Positions 48,234-61,669 are shown, counted from the first letter of the whole stretch. The stretch: 63,668 bases of DNA, filler included, from Sphacelaria rigidula (GCA_964200075.2; 5 parts of 5 records of this genome joined end to end with filler, not necessarily neighbours in it); one strand, 5' to 3'. A program made the numbers and translations. The notes: a model not told the origin generated them from the letters alone.

Positions 48234-50824
48234 CCAATATAGACAGCGAACGGTACATTAGTGCCTACCATGGCTTGGGCGCAGCAGTCTCATAGGAGAG
48301 GAGAAGCAAAACCCGTCGGAAAAGCAGGAGTAGTTGCACCAGCAGCAGCTGACAGTGAGCGCACGCTCATTGTCCAACGTCGAAGGAGCAGCTGGCCGGC
48401 GAGGACCCCGGTAGCTGGCGCAACGGCAGGTCGATCAGCCTATTTCGTAGATTCTGCATCTGAAACCTCACAGGCAGGCTCGATGACGCCAGAAAACAGG
48501 AACAAGCGAGAAGGGGTTGCTGCTGCGGTGCTGAAGTCGCCCTCCCCGCCGACACCGGCGCCGGTGCCGCCTCAGCATGCTGTAGGCGGCCGGTTGTTGA
48601 ACGGAATTCGGGATACCAACATGATGAGCAGTTATCACGGGGCATATAACTACAGGCGAGGATTGGGCAATGGATTGGGCGAGGGGAGAATGCTACGAGA
48701 TGGGGATGATGTCAAGGTGTCCCGAAGGTCGAAGCAAGAGAGGGAGCCTCCTGTTTTCTTCGGTAGCATTCGTTTCCCTGCGAGTCGGTTGGCTCTATGG
48801 TGAGTCTTCGTGCTGCGACGTCACAATTTGAATTTGTGAAAATCGGATATTTGCAGATTGTTCTGTAACGGTTTTTTTATTTTGATGTGTTGCTCTCGAA
48901 AGCACTTTTATCATGAGCACAAGTTGTTTTTTCGCTCACCAACTACTACTGTACGTTGATGCCGGTCCCGCTGTGTGCAGAGGCCGGTATCATGTAAAAA
49001 CTCGTAGAGGAAAAATACACTGGAATCAGCGCAAATGCGTGTGTATTGTGTATTGTGTACTATGTAACGAAAGTGACATGTTCTTCGCCAGTTCTCTCAT
49101 GGTTGGCGCGCTCTTCGCGACTTACGCTCTGCGGAATTTCGGTGCGATACCACCCCACAATGACACCACAATAAGGCCCATTAGGCCCATTATTCAAGGC
49201 TCATTACTGTTGTAGACCCGTTGTTATTATCGACACTGTGTCGTGCCAGATGTCAGATGTTTTCAGGCTTTTCTGACTCGAACTCTGCATTCAGACTTCT
49301 CCGAAAACGAAGAGGCTTGATTTCTCTCTGAAGCTTCCTTTTCAGACAAGTCCGAAAACTCGGACTGCAACACAGCACTTTCGGAGAGCTGCCCTGTGTG
49401 TACGCCGTGGCGCTCGCATGCATTCGAGAATCATCAGGTACCGTGCCAGTCCCGAAAAATTCGGATATGTGCGGAATTTCCAGATTTGTCAAACTTTGCG
49501 TTCAGTTTTCCGAAAATTAAGCGGCTTGATTTTTTCTCCGAAGCTTGATTTTTGAAAAAGTACAAAAAATTCGTACTGCAACACAGCACTGCGGAGAGCT
49601 GCTTTGTGTGTACGCCGTGGCGCTCGCAAGCGTTCGAGGGCCATCAGGTACCTTGCAATTGACACCGTCGGCCATGTCGGAGGGTAAAAATCGTCGTAAG
49701 TTGGCGGGAGTGGCGTCTTCAGGCGGGCTGAGGCGAGCTAACGACGAGATCAGCTCCATGGCCGTGATGAGAGAAGAACTCCAACGGCAGAACTCGATAA
49801 GAATATACCCTTTGGAGTTATTCAAATAAAAACAGTGAACTTCTCCGAATATTTTTTCATTATAATGGGCCTAAATATCGGCAAAAAAAATAGAGATTGC
49901 TCATGCCGATTTGATGAAGTCCTACGAGAGTAATTCAAAGTGGGTTACGCGAGCAGACGATCAAATGAATTTGCTCTGGAGGGAAAACCAACAAGCAACG
50001 CAAGGTCGCATGCAAAAGTGTGACACAGCTCAACACAATTATAACTGAGAGCCTCACACCCCCCGGCTCAACAGAAACATACAGCTCAAGCCATAGCTGC
50101 TGACGAACTGAGTACGTTGGGCTCGGCGTTGGTCGAATCTATTTGGGATTGAATGGAAAGGGTTTATTATCTCAGACGAGAGCCGAAAAAAACACACAAG
50201 GGGTCAACGACGGCACGCTTTAGGTTGTAAAATGACACGCTACGGACAGTCCTTGATCCAATCCTGAGGGGAATCCGACGAAGACTGCTGTGTGTGGAGC
50301 TAGCGCGCGTGTAGCCGGTACCTGTGCGTAATTTTTCAGGGCTTGGCGTGTGAATGTAGTGTTTCCTTGTCGCGCCTTCTTGATACGCTACAATACAGAG
50401 ATTTAGTGGACCACGACCACTGCAAGAAGCGTTGCTGGCGGAAGTCTGTGTGCAAGCTGATTCTACAATTCGGTGCTTCTGTCTCCACAAGGGACGCCCT
50501 ATGAGCGAGGGTAAGGTACTCGTCATTACAACGGCATCCCGGCGGAATATAGCACGTTATTTCAATACACGATAAAACTGTGTAAAGGGCTTTCAAGAAG
50601 CAAACTCCGAGTGTTTTGTTTCTTTTCCGCGTGCGCTACCGTGGCGCCTTTTTTCATGCTCCTTTTCTTTGTGTTGCCACCAGGAATCGACGAGCGGCCG
50701 GGCGCGCGGTGACCGTGAATCCCGAGTCGGCAGCGCCCTTGCTGGTTTTGCGACAGCATACTCTCGACGCCCTCGCGTGGAAGCTCAGTCGTTTGGCGGC
50801 AGCAGAACAGTCGCCGCATGACCG
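48234..50824 (+). CDS. Uncharacterised gene divergent from the ankyrin gene. Exons about 48234/48270-48716 and 50683-50824; truncated by the contig end.
   Basis: 180-aa low-complexity ORF with donor aag|gtgtcc; a later AG/GT-bounded exon NRRAAGRAV...QSPHDR. Confidence 0.4.
49175..49871. mobile_element. Harbinger-like non-autonomous element with an internal 130-bp direct repeat
   Basis: taa|ggcccatta...taatgggcc|taa; repeats at about 49314-49442 and 49523-49652. Confidence 0.7.
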
Positions 50825-50918
50825 GTGAGAGCGTGATGGGGTAGGGAAGCGGGTGGGGGGGGGGGGGGGGGGAGGGGGACTGGTGGGGGGGGGGGGGCGG
50901 GGGGGGGGGGGAGACAGG

Positions 50919-51018
50919 NNNNNNNNNNNNNNNNNNNNNNNNNNNNNNNNNNNNNNNNNNNNTTAATTAATTAANNNNNNNNNNNNNNNNNNNNNNNNNN
51001 NNNNNNNNNNNNNNNNNN
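50919..51018. other. Artificial contig linker
   Basis: N44-TTAATTAATTAA-N44, preceded by poly-G. Confidence 0.99.
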
Positions 51019-51059
51019 CAGGTTGGACCCTGGAGCCCATTGCTATTTTTTGAATGGAA

Positions 51060-54000
51060 TGTTTCATCGTGGTTTTGCTAATTATCGTCGATGGATATAA
51101 TTGGACACACTTCATCCGTTGCGTGGTATGATTGGACAAACCTTACCCAAATTCTCCAGGGAGGACATTCTTCTTCGGGCTTCCATTATAAAAATGGTTG
51201 CCATCGGCCTATTCTGTTTCCATGTTTTCCTCTTCGTCAGGGCTCCTCATAATATGGCGTTTTGCCGGGGGACAAGAGGGGAGGGTTCCAAAAGGGTTAA
51301 ACGCTCGGCCATGATAGCGCTTCGCGCGAAAATCTTTTATTTCACTTTGAGTTCCCTGTACCCCTATCTCTTGGAGGTGAGCAAAATGAGCATGCACACA
51401 GAGTAAGACAAGTCACCCTGAGCGACCATTTTAGACACGCGACAAGGGCAATCAGCAATCAGCAGTCAGTAATCAGAGACTGGCAAATATTGCGCACTAC
51501 TGGGATTTGGTAACAAACGATGTCATTATGTTGAGCTGTCGAAGGGGGCGTGAGAGATAGCGGAGGAATGTTTTGTGCGCAACATAAACTCGAACCCAGT
51601 GCTGCCGCCAATCACGGTGGAGTGCCTAACTGCAGAGTTGGGACGTTTGAATCCTACACCGTCGATCTGGTGCCGCGTGTCGATGCCGTGTGTCGCAAAA
51701 ACGGAAATACCGTTTCGCGTGAAACTGGGTTTGAAGGAAGGGAAGTGCCTCCAGTATTTTGAGAGCATCGTCCATGGCAGCAGACAGTACGCCTCCGACC
51801 AATGGATCAAAGGGGGGGTTTCTCGCACTCAAACTCCATCCGTGCTTCGAAGTTGCCCACACGGTTTGTCGGTTCGTCGGTTCTGCTTGAGGTAGCCTTT
51901 ACGTAACATGACGCACATGATCCACAAACGCTGCAACGGAGAGCATGGCACCCATCGTACTGTACTACCATTAGTTCATAAACTTTGTTGCCACCGTAAT
52001 AGGCACATCTGCAATGAGCTTACCTTGACCGCAGCTGACATCATGTGTTGTGAACACCGTCTAGGCCTAGACCTGGTGTAAGCTGCAGCCGATGCCCTCG
52101 ACCGCTGGTTCAACGAGTTGATACTTTCCGTGCACCTCATGTTACCATGCAATGCATGGCCAACAAAGCTTTCGACACCTCGCAGAGCAAATCCGAATAA
52201 AGTAAACCTTGCCACTCGAGAGCTTCTCCCAAAAATCGGCCCCATTGCCTTCGCTATATCCGCGATACGTGAACTCTGGTGTAGCTTGGCTGGTACTTAC
52301 CTCGGAGTAGCATGATGAAATCTACGATAATAATTAAACTTTCAGCGTAATACATTTGTTTTAATTCAACTTCTATCTTGAAGAGAAACACCAACCTCGT
52401 GTAAACTTATTCCGCGTCAAATCTGCGAAAAAATACACCATGGACCGTCAACGATCGACAGGCTTTAAAGAACATAAGCAGCACAGGATGGCTGGCCTCC
52501 ATGGCTGAGCTGATGGGCAGATTTTCCGCCGATCTGATCACTGAGAAAATGACTTTTGCGCGAATCGGAAATAATCATGGTTCCTTGTATGCGTGGTATA
52601 TTCAGTAACCAAATCAGCAAGTACGACTCTACCAAAACTCCAGTCACTGACGGAACCGTCTGCAGATTGTGTCGGAGGGCTGAACACTGTCAAAACACAG
52701 ACCTCGAACGGTGGAAAAAACATTACACGGTTGGATCCTTCGCGGCCATCCCAGTTCTCTTCTAACTCGAACGCACGAGTCAACTTTCAAGGTAGCACAT
52801 ACCGTAAAGAATCATGCGCGGAGCACTTGCGGTCGGAATCGTTGGCATGGTGGGCGTTGCCAATGGCTTCGTCATTCCGGGACCATCGAAGGTAGTGTCA
52901 GGCCGAGCTACGCGACAGTCCACATCTCAGGTGAGCTTTATGCTGTGATGTAGCGTTAGGTGCTCATGGTGTCGCTATCATAGGGTTGTGTGGTCTCTAT
53001 TTGGACCAAACGTGCGCCATTTTGGTTGTGGATAGGTTGATGTGTGTTGGTGCGTGTCTGACTTGTGCGGCCGCGGTGCAACCCTGCGTTGGGGTGGGTG
53101 AGCATGAGTAATGCTGGTGATGTCGGGTGTTGGAGCGTTCGAGTTGTCTAGTGGTATACTATGGCATGCGTGGGAATTGCACTGCAATATATCTCGTAAC
53201 CGGGTTCGTCGCGGTAAGGTTCATTTTCAGGGGATGTTTCTGTGGCGTGGAGTGCTGGCGACCATTTCGGTTGAGGTTGAGGTGCACATGTTTCTGCGCA
53301 TGAAACTCTAGTGCCCATGGGCAACTGTCTTTGGTTTTTACAGTACGAGTTTGTCGTTATCATTTATTTGCCCAGTACCATGTACAACAGTGTCTGCGAA
53401 TCAATTTCGATGTACTCCAGAATGGAGTACCTCCCAAGGATTGAGAACTGGTTTCCTCATCTCATGTGTACAAAGCTCAAAAGGCATTGGTTATAAGGAC
53501 CTCCCGCTATTTCATATTTGATATTTATGTAAGCCTACAACTGGCGTGTTCTGTCAACTAGTTGCTGCAATATAAAACTGCTGCCCTTACCCTACCGACT
53601 CCGATGGAAATGACTCTGGGGTTGGATATGAACCCCTTGGGCACTAGCCGTGTTTGCGAAGAAGCTGAGAAACTGGTCGCTATCCACGAAAACCAACCAC
53701 CCCCAGTCATGGTATACCATGCATTCTGTGGTCACCGACCCCTGAGCCGCTATGCACCTTGTGGTCAATTTGTTACTATTATTACTATTTCCGAGTCATC
53801 CTGCGACAGGGGGGGGGTATTTTGGGCCACTTCTTGCACCAAATTCCAAGTCAAATCGTCCTTGAAAAAAGCAACCTTTGCTCGAATGAGCTCGTTACAG
53901 ATTTGTCACCCTCGTTCATACCGATTGACACCGTTTTGAACAAAGTACAAGCGCACCGCGAGTGAAGCAGGTCGTCTTACACACTTTTGAGCCTCTTTTT

Positions 54001-56860
54001 TCGTGCAATCGAATACCCCCCCCTATCGTAGGATGACTCTTCCGCACATTAGTCCGATCCCCCGAGCCCCAAAGGATTGTTTTTACACATATTTCAACAC
54101 TTTTCTCGCCAGCCTCGCCTCGGAACAGTATCACAGGCTGACGGTCTTGGGGTGGCCCATATCGGGGAATCTCCTTCGAGGGGGCGGGGGAAGGGAAGCG
54201 GGGGCAAGATAATCAAATGAATCTTGCCATGTGAACTTATTGTGTTTCCGGGACAATTTCAAGTCGGGGAACAAGCTTGTGAGAGTGAAGGTTCCGTGCT
54301 GACACGTATCATGGGTCGCCCGGTACATTATGTTCCCCTAGATATCGGATGATGTCGCCTACGTGGCGGATGAGGGTGTACACTGCTGCATCGGTCGCCG
54401 AACCAAACAAACGAAAAGCAAAGTTCAGTTCGCTCTTTTGGCGCCCGCAACCTCTGCGACCTACCTGCCGTCCCGTGTGTTGTCAAGGTGTTGTAGCTTC
54501 ACATGGTGGTTGTAGAACCACAAGTGAAAGATGGAAACAGTCTCGGCTGTGTGCCGTGAAAAGCGATATCCCTGTGTTCGTGTTGCTGCATTTGTTACTG
54601 ATGGACGAAATTTGGGCCTCCGGTTCGTACATAAGAGGCCCGTCGATGTGACACGCGGTGCAAATTGAAAACATACATGCTCGAGATGCGCTAGCGCTGC
54701 CACTGAAGTACCAAACTGTGAGGGCATGGACAGAACATGTCTTTGAGTATTGCAGCTGTAACGCCGGCTAGCGTGCACTACCGACAATAGCAAAACAATC
54801 TAGCGGAAACATAAATACACTTGACTTGACTCAAAACTGGCCAGGGATTCTCCTGCCCCGACTCCTATATGAATATAAAGGTATATATTACTTAGTTGAT
54901 TTATTAATGATCGTTTGAGGATGTATGTTTGGATGGTTGATTGGATTTTAGTTTTTGGACAAAAGAAGATAATATAAATGCTCAATGTCCACCCCACGTG
55001 GAAAGGGGGGCGACGTCAAGTGAAACACAGTGATTCGCAAGTCAAACTGACCACTGGTGGTTTGGGACGGGAAGTCACGGTCGAGAGGTCAACCTTTTTG
55101 GAACCGTTAATCGAAAACTGACGATTCACAGCTGACGTTTCTTCGGGCAAGATATGGTTGTTCTTCTACAGCCTTTGAGATATCGATTCGCCGAGACTTG
55201 TTTTGCAGATCCGTACGAATGGAATCAGGAAGAAGAAAAGGTTTCCTATTTCACGGGTATGACGAAGTGTTCGAACCGTCGGTGTTTTCTAACCCCGGCC
55301 AGAGTACACGGCAGGCCTCCTTGAAGCAATGTTCACGCCGCACCTGCACGCTCCTCGCCTTGCAAGGGATGCTTTGTGCGGCATCATAGCAGGACTGCAC
55401 CTAAGTTGCAATGACAAAGGTGACGTCGACGGCACATTTACCTCAGTTATGCCCCCGTCTGCTGTCTGTATTCGGAGACAGTCACCGTCAGTCTCTGTGG
55501 GGACTTGTTCACCTACCCCTCTGTACTTGGTGTGATCATGATATTTTCATCTTCTTTCAAGTGTAAACTCATGTCATGCACGTTGCTGTACTCTGTCGTA
55601 GGCGTTTATACGACACCATACTGCGGTTTGATATTCCATAACTGCGACGCGGATGCCATGTATCCCGCCGTTATACACACCCCTGGTACACCGGTGGTGG
55701 GGGACCGTCATTTTGGCACGTCCGATACAGGTTGTCACTTCGTAGACTGGAATCGTACGGCATCCTGCATTTTGTGTCGTACGTTTCCACGACGCCACCT
55801 CTCTACTGCGGGTTGATCATGCCTGAACGTTGCACAGCCGTACCTTGTGCTGCGCGAGGTTTATGACTCCGGCTGGCGCTATCGCTCTCGGACCGTCTGT
55901 CCTCGTGCGCGACGTTGGAGTTTCATGCAATGATATTACTCACATTCTGCCTTCTTGCATGGAAGACCGTGACACCGTTATTCGGTTAGACTGGTTGCAA
56001 AGGGCTGTCCCGGTCGGTTGTCGACCGATTGCTAGTATATCGCTTGTCTGGACGCTTGCAATGACGTCCGCCTGGTGTGTCCTAGACAATCCTGCGTGCC
56101 TCGCAGCATATTCTCTTGCCGCGTCTAATGTGTTGACGTTCGGTAGGCGAGTGGGGGGGGAGGGGGGGGGCTGTGCGCCGGAGGGCAATGGGCTGTTCAA
56201 CCGTTCTTGCAGCTTCCTCTGTGAAACGTCCACTGTAGCAGTGTCGTGGCCGTGGTTCCAGCCACCTCTTCCAGCTGAACGTGAATTGCATATGGGTCGC
56301 TCTTCAGCGCTTCCACATGCTGTGACGGGATTTCCCTTGCTCGGACATATCATTGTCGCCATATAGTGTAGCTTCCTACGCTCGCCAAGTGTTGATCATG
56401 CAGCCCACCGAAACGGTGCACCAGTCTAAGTTCAAGTTCACTGATGTGGCACATTCGTGCACCGAACTCGAGTTGACGTTTTTCCCTCTGACGAAGATTA
56501 CATATGGGAGTTTGTGCTGTTCTGCGAGAGTTCTGTCGACACAAACGATTGGACACACTTAGCCCGCTGCGTGGTATTATTAGACAAACAGAACCCGACC
56601 GCTCCGGGGCTTTATTTTCGGTGTATCCATGACGTATGCGTTTGGAGTCTTTTTTGGTCTTTCACTGTAAAAACGGTTGCCGTCGGTCTTTTCTGTTTCC
56701 ATCTTTCTTATTAGTCACAACTTGAAATAATGAGGCGTCTGGCCGGGAGACGGGAGGAAAGGGTTCCGAAAGGGTTGAACAGGTCCACGTAGGATCGATC
56801 TGCAGCGTCCGGTGCTCGAAGAGTTACGGTTGCCCTTCAGCTCTGGCTGTGCGGGTCCTG
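51060..56860 (-). pseudogene. Decayed coding-like region, possibly CxC/KDZ-type transposon remnants, with a diverged duplicate segment at each end
   Basis: Broken frames with Cys-rich pieces (VPHHRCT; LCTN...QGYRFSRHTAE..LW; LLYSDLLC/FVGHALHG..C); 51100-51305 is paralogous to 56549-56781. Confidence 0.3.
53793..54039. mobile_element. 247-bp MITE with GAG...CTC termini and 4-bp TSD (ttcc), Sola-like
   Basis: TIR gagtcatcctRcgaYagggggggggtatt; ttcc on both flanks. Confidence 0.85.
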
Positions 56861-58437
56861 ACCACTGTACTGTACCCCGAACTAAACGCAAGCGCACACG
56901 TGAACGGCAATGTCATGTGCATGGCCGCAACTAGACCCCTATGCATGACTAAAGGCTGAGCGAAGAGGGATTACAGTGTACAGAGTTGGTCGTTCACCGT
57001 GCAGATCTCAACATTGGTCGGTGGGGTTGTGGTACAGGCGTCATGACCTAGTATAGATTGCGGACTTCTAGCCAAGGAGGCTTGTCAAGATTTTCGGGGC
57101 CTCAACTCACAGGGAGCTGGGCTTGGCTTTGGTTCACACAGTACAAGCAACGCGGAAGAAATCGCAAGTGTAGTCAGCGTAAAACATCGGCAATAGTTCT
57201 GGATCGTATGAGCTGCAGCAAAATCCTTCTGTGGTTACTCGAATCGTTTGCACATCTGTGGTTTGTCTCCATGTATGAGCACTCTAGACCTGCAACCACC
57301 GTCATGTATGTGTGCCATGTGCTGTAGACTATCCTCGAACAACTCATGGAGTCTTTCGATTTGATTCTACAGAGAAAAGGTTGACTGATATATACAACAG
57401 ATCGAGCAACTGATGTCCAGACATTGATGAACGAAACTTTTTTTTTTTTATCCATGAAAAGTCAAGTCTTCACCTGTCCATTGTGTCCTAATCATTGCTC
57501 TAGATAGTCTGCAGTTATCGTACGCTGACTGAGGGTGGCTGTCTAGGGTTACAATGCAAGCTATACATCAGTTGGCATGCGGTCCCAGTGACCGTTTTGT
57601 CGCTTGAGATTTAATTATACGGAACACTCTGTAGACCTTGGTTTGCAGGACCTTCACGTGCTTCATGTACAACACAAGACGGTCGGGTCCGACGGCATCC
57701 CTGGAAAAGCCATCACTTCGTATGTCAGTCGCTTCATGGATCTTTGCGTCAGTCTGACTGAAAGATGAGGTGCCGATGCCGCCACACGGCAGTTTTCGCA
57801 ACAAGCGGCAGGCGGGCGTGGAACAGAAAAACTGCACATGGTCGATGGAGTGTTATTCGATATATAGATGGAACGTTCCGTGAAAACTGCCTTCGATTCG
57901 CAACTTCATGATCGATCTACCTAAGCCCTGTCGAATCGTTTGGAGTCTGCTGCGGATGGTTTTGTTGAGCACAGCGGCCGGTTCACTTCACACCTACATC
58001 GTATATGTCTACACTTTTTTTCGTCATGGGTTGAACCCGTTTCATTTCCGGAGATGAAACCGTACGTGCGTGACATTTTGGGATTACGGATTGAGTCAAC
58101 ACTAGCACGCATTCACCACTCCCGTGCTCGAGATTTCAACGACGGAAAACGAGATGCCCGTAAGAAGGGACGAAGAAAATATTGAAACCGTGGCTGCTGG
58201 GAACCGTTTCGTTCCCGTTTTAAGATGTCCTGTTTGGACCACGAGGGCACGGTGGCGACAAGCCTCGCAAAGAGTAAACGAGCTGTGCTGTAACTATCTT
58301 GTCGCTGCCCTGCCCTGTAAAACGGAAGAATGTAAAAATCAAGAGAAAGCTGGAACCACACTCCTCGCAGCACCACTGGCTGACTTTCTCTCTTGTACCT
58401 GTTGCCGGCCCTGACAACCATTCTCCACCGTGTGTAG

Positions 58438-61238
58438 GTGATCTTCATGGGCCGAGGAGACATGCGCACAGCGAAGGGCAAGCGCACCAGGTAAGAGTTT
58501 TTGAACTTGAGCGTGTGCTACGGATCGTACTGGTAATGTTGGTTGTTTAACCCTTTGATCGCAAGGGTTGATCATGTGGGTACACACAGCCATTTTTCGA
58601 GTAGAGGGGATGCCGATTCAACGAAACACATGTTAGTATAAAACAGTTGAGCGACTAATGCGCAGTCGATCCAATATATATATATATATATACCGTAACG
58701 TAAAGCTGCAGAGCCTCCTTGCCTAATTATGGTCCCGAGCGCTGTTGCATTCGAAATCATTCTTTTCGGGAGTGGTCTCGCTGTCAGCACGGTACCGTAG
58801 GCGTATGCGTAGTCGCGGCTGAGATATTTTCAGTTCAACGGTCTCTAATTGTCCAGTAAATCCTTCCCCCCCCCCTCGACGTTGGCTTTGTTCGATTCGA
58901 CGTTTCCTCCCACGCCACAAACGGCTGGTCTCGCCGCAAAACGGGATACCCACAACATCGCTGCGACTACTGGTCACCATAATTATAACTGCCATCTCCA
59001 CCTCCAATGACATCGCTGTCAAACTCGAAACGAAAGAGCTTCGTATGGCGTCTCCCGCCCCAAACCCAAGAAGAAGATCGCGAAGGTTTTCATCGATGGA
59101 GCTAGGGTGGACAAGCCCGCGCCGGCAACCCGAACGTGGGACGAGGTGGACGAGCAGGAGTATGAACCAGCTGAGGGAGAAGAAGCTGCGGAAGGCGTGA
59201 CAGTGGGCGCCGGAGCCGACGTTGCTTCCTACTACACAGCGTCTGAGGAGGCAAGTTATTTCTCAATGAAGTTGCACAAAAGTGATTTGAAACATGAACA
59301 CTCGTCCGAAAAATATCTCTGAAATGACCCGAATAATTTTTTTTGTCAGCTTCTACCTTTGCGGAGTATACTGTGTTGGATCTCGGTGGAGCCTTGCACG
59401 ATATACCCTTTACTGCACATACTCGGTGCTGCTTCGAGGATATCCAGGTCAACCCATCTCCCTTGGTCCACGCCAAGACGATACAATGCTAGATACCGAC
59501 ATGTCCACTGTACCAGGGGATGTCGGATTTGCTTGTTTCCCGCAACGCCCGCAGCAGGTGTCGTGTCGAGTGAATTAATTACTTTCGGGATGTCGGCCTT
59601 TATTCCCCCTCCTGGCCCGTGCATGGCTGCGTACTAGTTGTCATGGCCTGCAGTGGTGAAAATTGGCGCGTCTCAAACATGCAACTGTGGGTACTGTTGA
59701 AGCCGCGTTGTAGGCTCGAGACTACTGGCCCACTAAATGTGGTGTTGCCACGCCTCGAGCAGTGTGAAGACTAGTGTGCGCTGTTCTTTCAATATGGTGT
59801 GATTGTGAGAGACTCCACGTATGATGAGCCACGCGAAACTGGTGCAATAGCTGCTGTATATTACCTTGATTTCGTTTTGCAGTGTACTCTGCGCGTTGCA
59901 CTGTCACACCGTCGCCACGGGCCCGGCAAGTGTAGTGAGACGTGGGTGACATTCTTATTCTACTCTCTGTAGTGTCTTGTCACCAAAGAACGTTATTTGG
60001 TTTTGAGATACTTCCAGTATCGCCCAACCTCACACCACAAAGAGTACGCCCCCCCCCACCTCTCTCCCACCCCTATTTTTTGCCTTACAATCACCCGGAA
60101 CGTTGCCGTCCCGTAATGCGATCTCGCGCTCGATAGGATATAGCTGCGAGGCGGAGGTTATTTCCGAACAATTTCCGATGCCTTCGCCGTGCATTTTTTC
60201 AGTAGCTGTTGCAGTGTGATGGTGCGATTGCGCATGACTCTCGCGCGGGAACACACGGTCTCGCTAGCCTAGCCGCGGCTGCCCTACTTGACTCTTAGAC
60301 CGCGAGATTAGTCTTTCTAGGTCATGCATACTTTTTTTTATTTGAAGTTGATGCCGATTCAACAGGAGACTAACCTCGCGGTCTAAGGGTTGAGTAACGT
60401 CAAATTTATGAGGCCCCGTTTGATCGTATCTCTTTGGGCTGGTTCTACGGCGCACGTGGTTGGAGGGAGACGTCCCCCCCCTCCATGATGCAAATGACTG
60501 TTGCATTTCGGGTACATCGCATGAGTACAAGATACGAAGATTGCAGCTTGCTGCTGTGTATGGCGGTCTCCGTCTCTCTCCCTGTCCCCGCTACGCCGCC
60601 CTCACCCGCGATGAGACAAGCAGTTGTCAACCAACATGTGTTGAGGACAATTTTTGAAGGGAGTTCGATGCACGGCCGAAAAAATGAGCTCCTGTGCGCG
60701 CAATACATCTTATTCCGCCACCTCATCAGTTGGTTGCTCGGTTCCATGTAGCACTGATGAGCCCTCCAGACGTGCAACCTTTTTACTGCGGACATCATCG
60801 ACTCATGTCTTGCTTTGCGCACTACGAAAATGTTGTGTGGGAAAATCAACTCGAATATCATCTAGCAGATGCGCGTGGAGTATAAATCAGTAGGATGCCT
60901 CGCCATCAAAAAATAATTCTCGCCTTCAAAGCTCCACACATGTAGATAGCTGTATCTACCAGTCAGTTTTATGGGGGGAACTTGGTGCCGATGCTAGTCA
61001 CGGGTACCCTGCGCGTCTTGGGGGTTGGAAATCATGTTGGCCATCAACCGTACCCTCCTGTCTCTGCCTCCCCCTGTATCCTCACCGGGAAATCCATGAT
61101 GCCGAGCAGGGGGCAGCCGCAGAGGAGCCCGTCATAGCTTCCGATAACGAGGTTGAGTCGGCCGACGAGATAGTTGAGGATGACGAGACGGAGGCAGAGG
61201 CTGAACCTACCGTGGAAGGGACCGACAGCGACTTTTGA
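58438..61238 (+). CDS. bTHX/PSRP4 (S31)-like organellar 30S ribosomal protein with an acidic tail, join(58438..58490,59037..59250,61110..61238); 5' targeting exon(s) not located
   Basis: Spliced VIFMGRGDMRTAKGKRTR|ASYGVSRPKPKKK matches the Thx motif GxGDxxTxxGKxxxxSxGxxRP. Phases are consistent; intron 2 is GC-AG (gag|gcaagt). Confidence 0.8.
60294..60387 (+). mobile_element. 94-bp mini-MITE, piggyBac-like
   Basis: Perfect 13-bp TIR cttagaccgcgag; outer ttgactct...agggttga resembles TTAA-CCCT ends. Confidence 0.8.
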
Positions 61239-61669
61239 GCGCGGAAATATCGAGCTGCACAACACAGTTATAGGGAGGGGAAGCTCTCACAGTGGCTAGA
61301 GATCGGGCAGTGGTACATGACATGTGTCGACACACGCTGGATACCGTCACGGTGAATCGGATGTTGACTGTTGATTCAACAAGCGCTCGATGGATGTACC
61401 TGGTGGCTAGGTTGAGCATTTTGTAGCTGGCCACCATGCGAACCAGAAGGAGGTGGCACTTTTCCTCGTCGATCGCGAGGTCCTGCGATTAATTGGCGCA
61501 CATCTCTGCGGCAACATTTGTCGGTAAACATCATTTCTTGTGCGTTTGGTGTCAATCAGTCGCCTTGGTAAACCGTGCACAAGGAGTCACGAATGCACCT
61601 CATAACACTGACTGTGTGTAGGTGGGCTACGGAGGTGCGTAGAGGCCATGAACTATCACTCATATCTCA

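Noticed and set aside
48261..58490. 48-50 kb exons as the 5' part of the bTHX gene
   Set aside because: Separated by a contig linker.
61044..61480. Minus-strand hydrophobic exon (FSLCLRLVILNYLVGRL..)
   Set aside because: Antisense of the acidic last exon of the bTHX-like gene.
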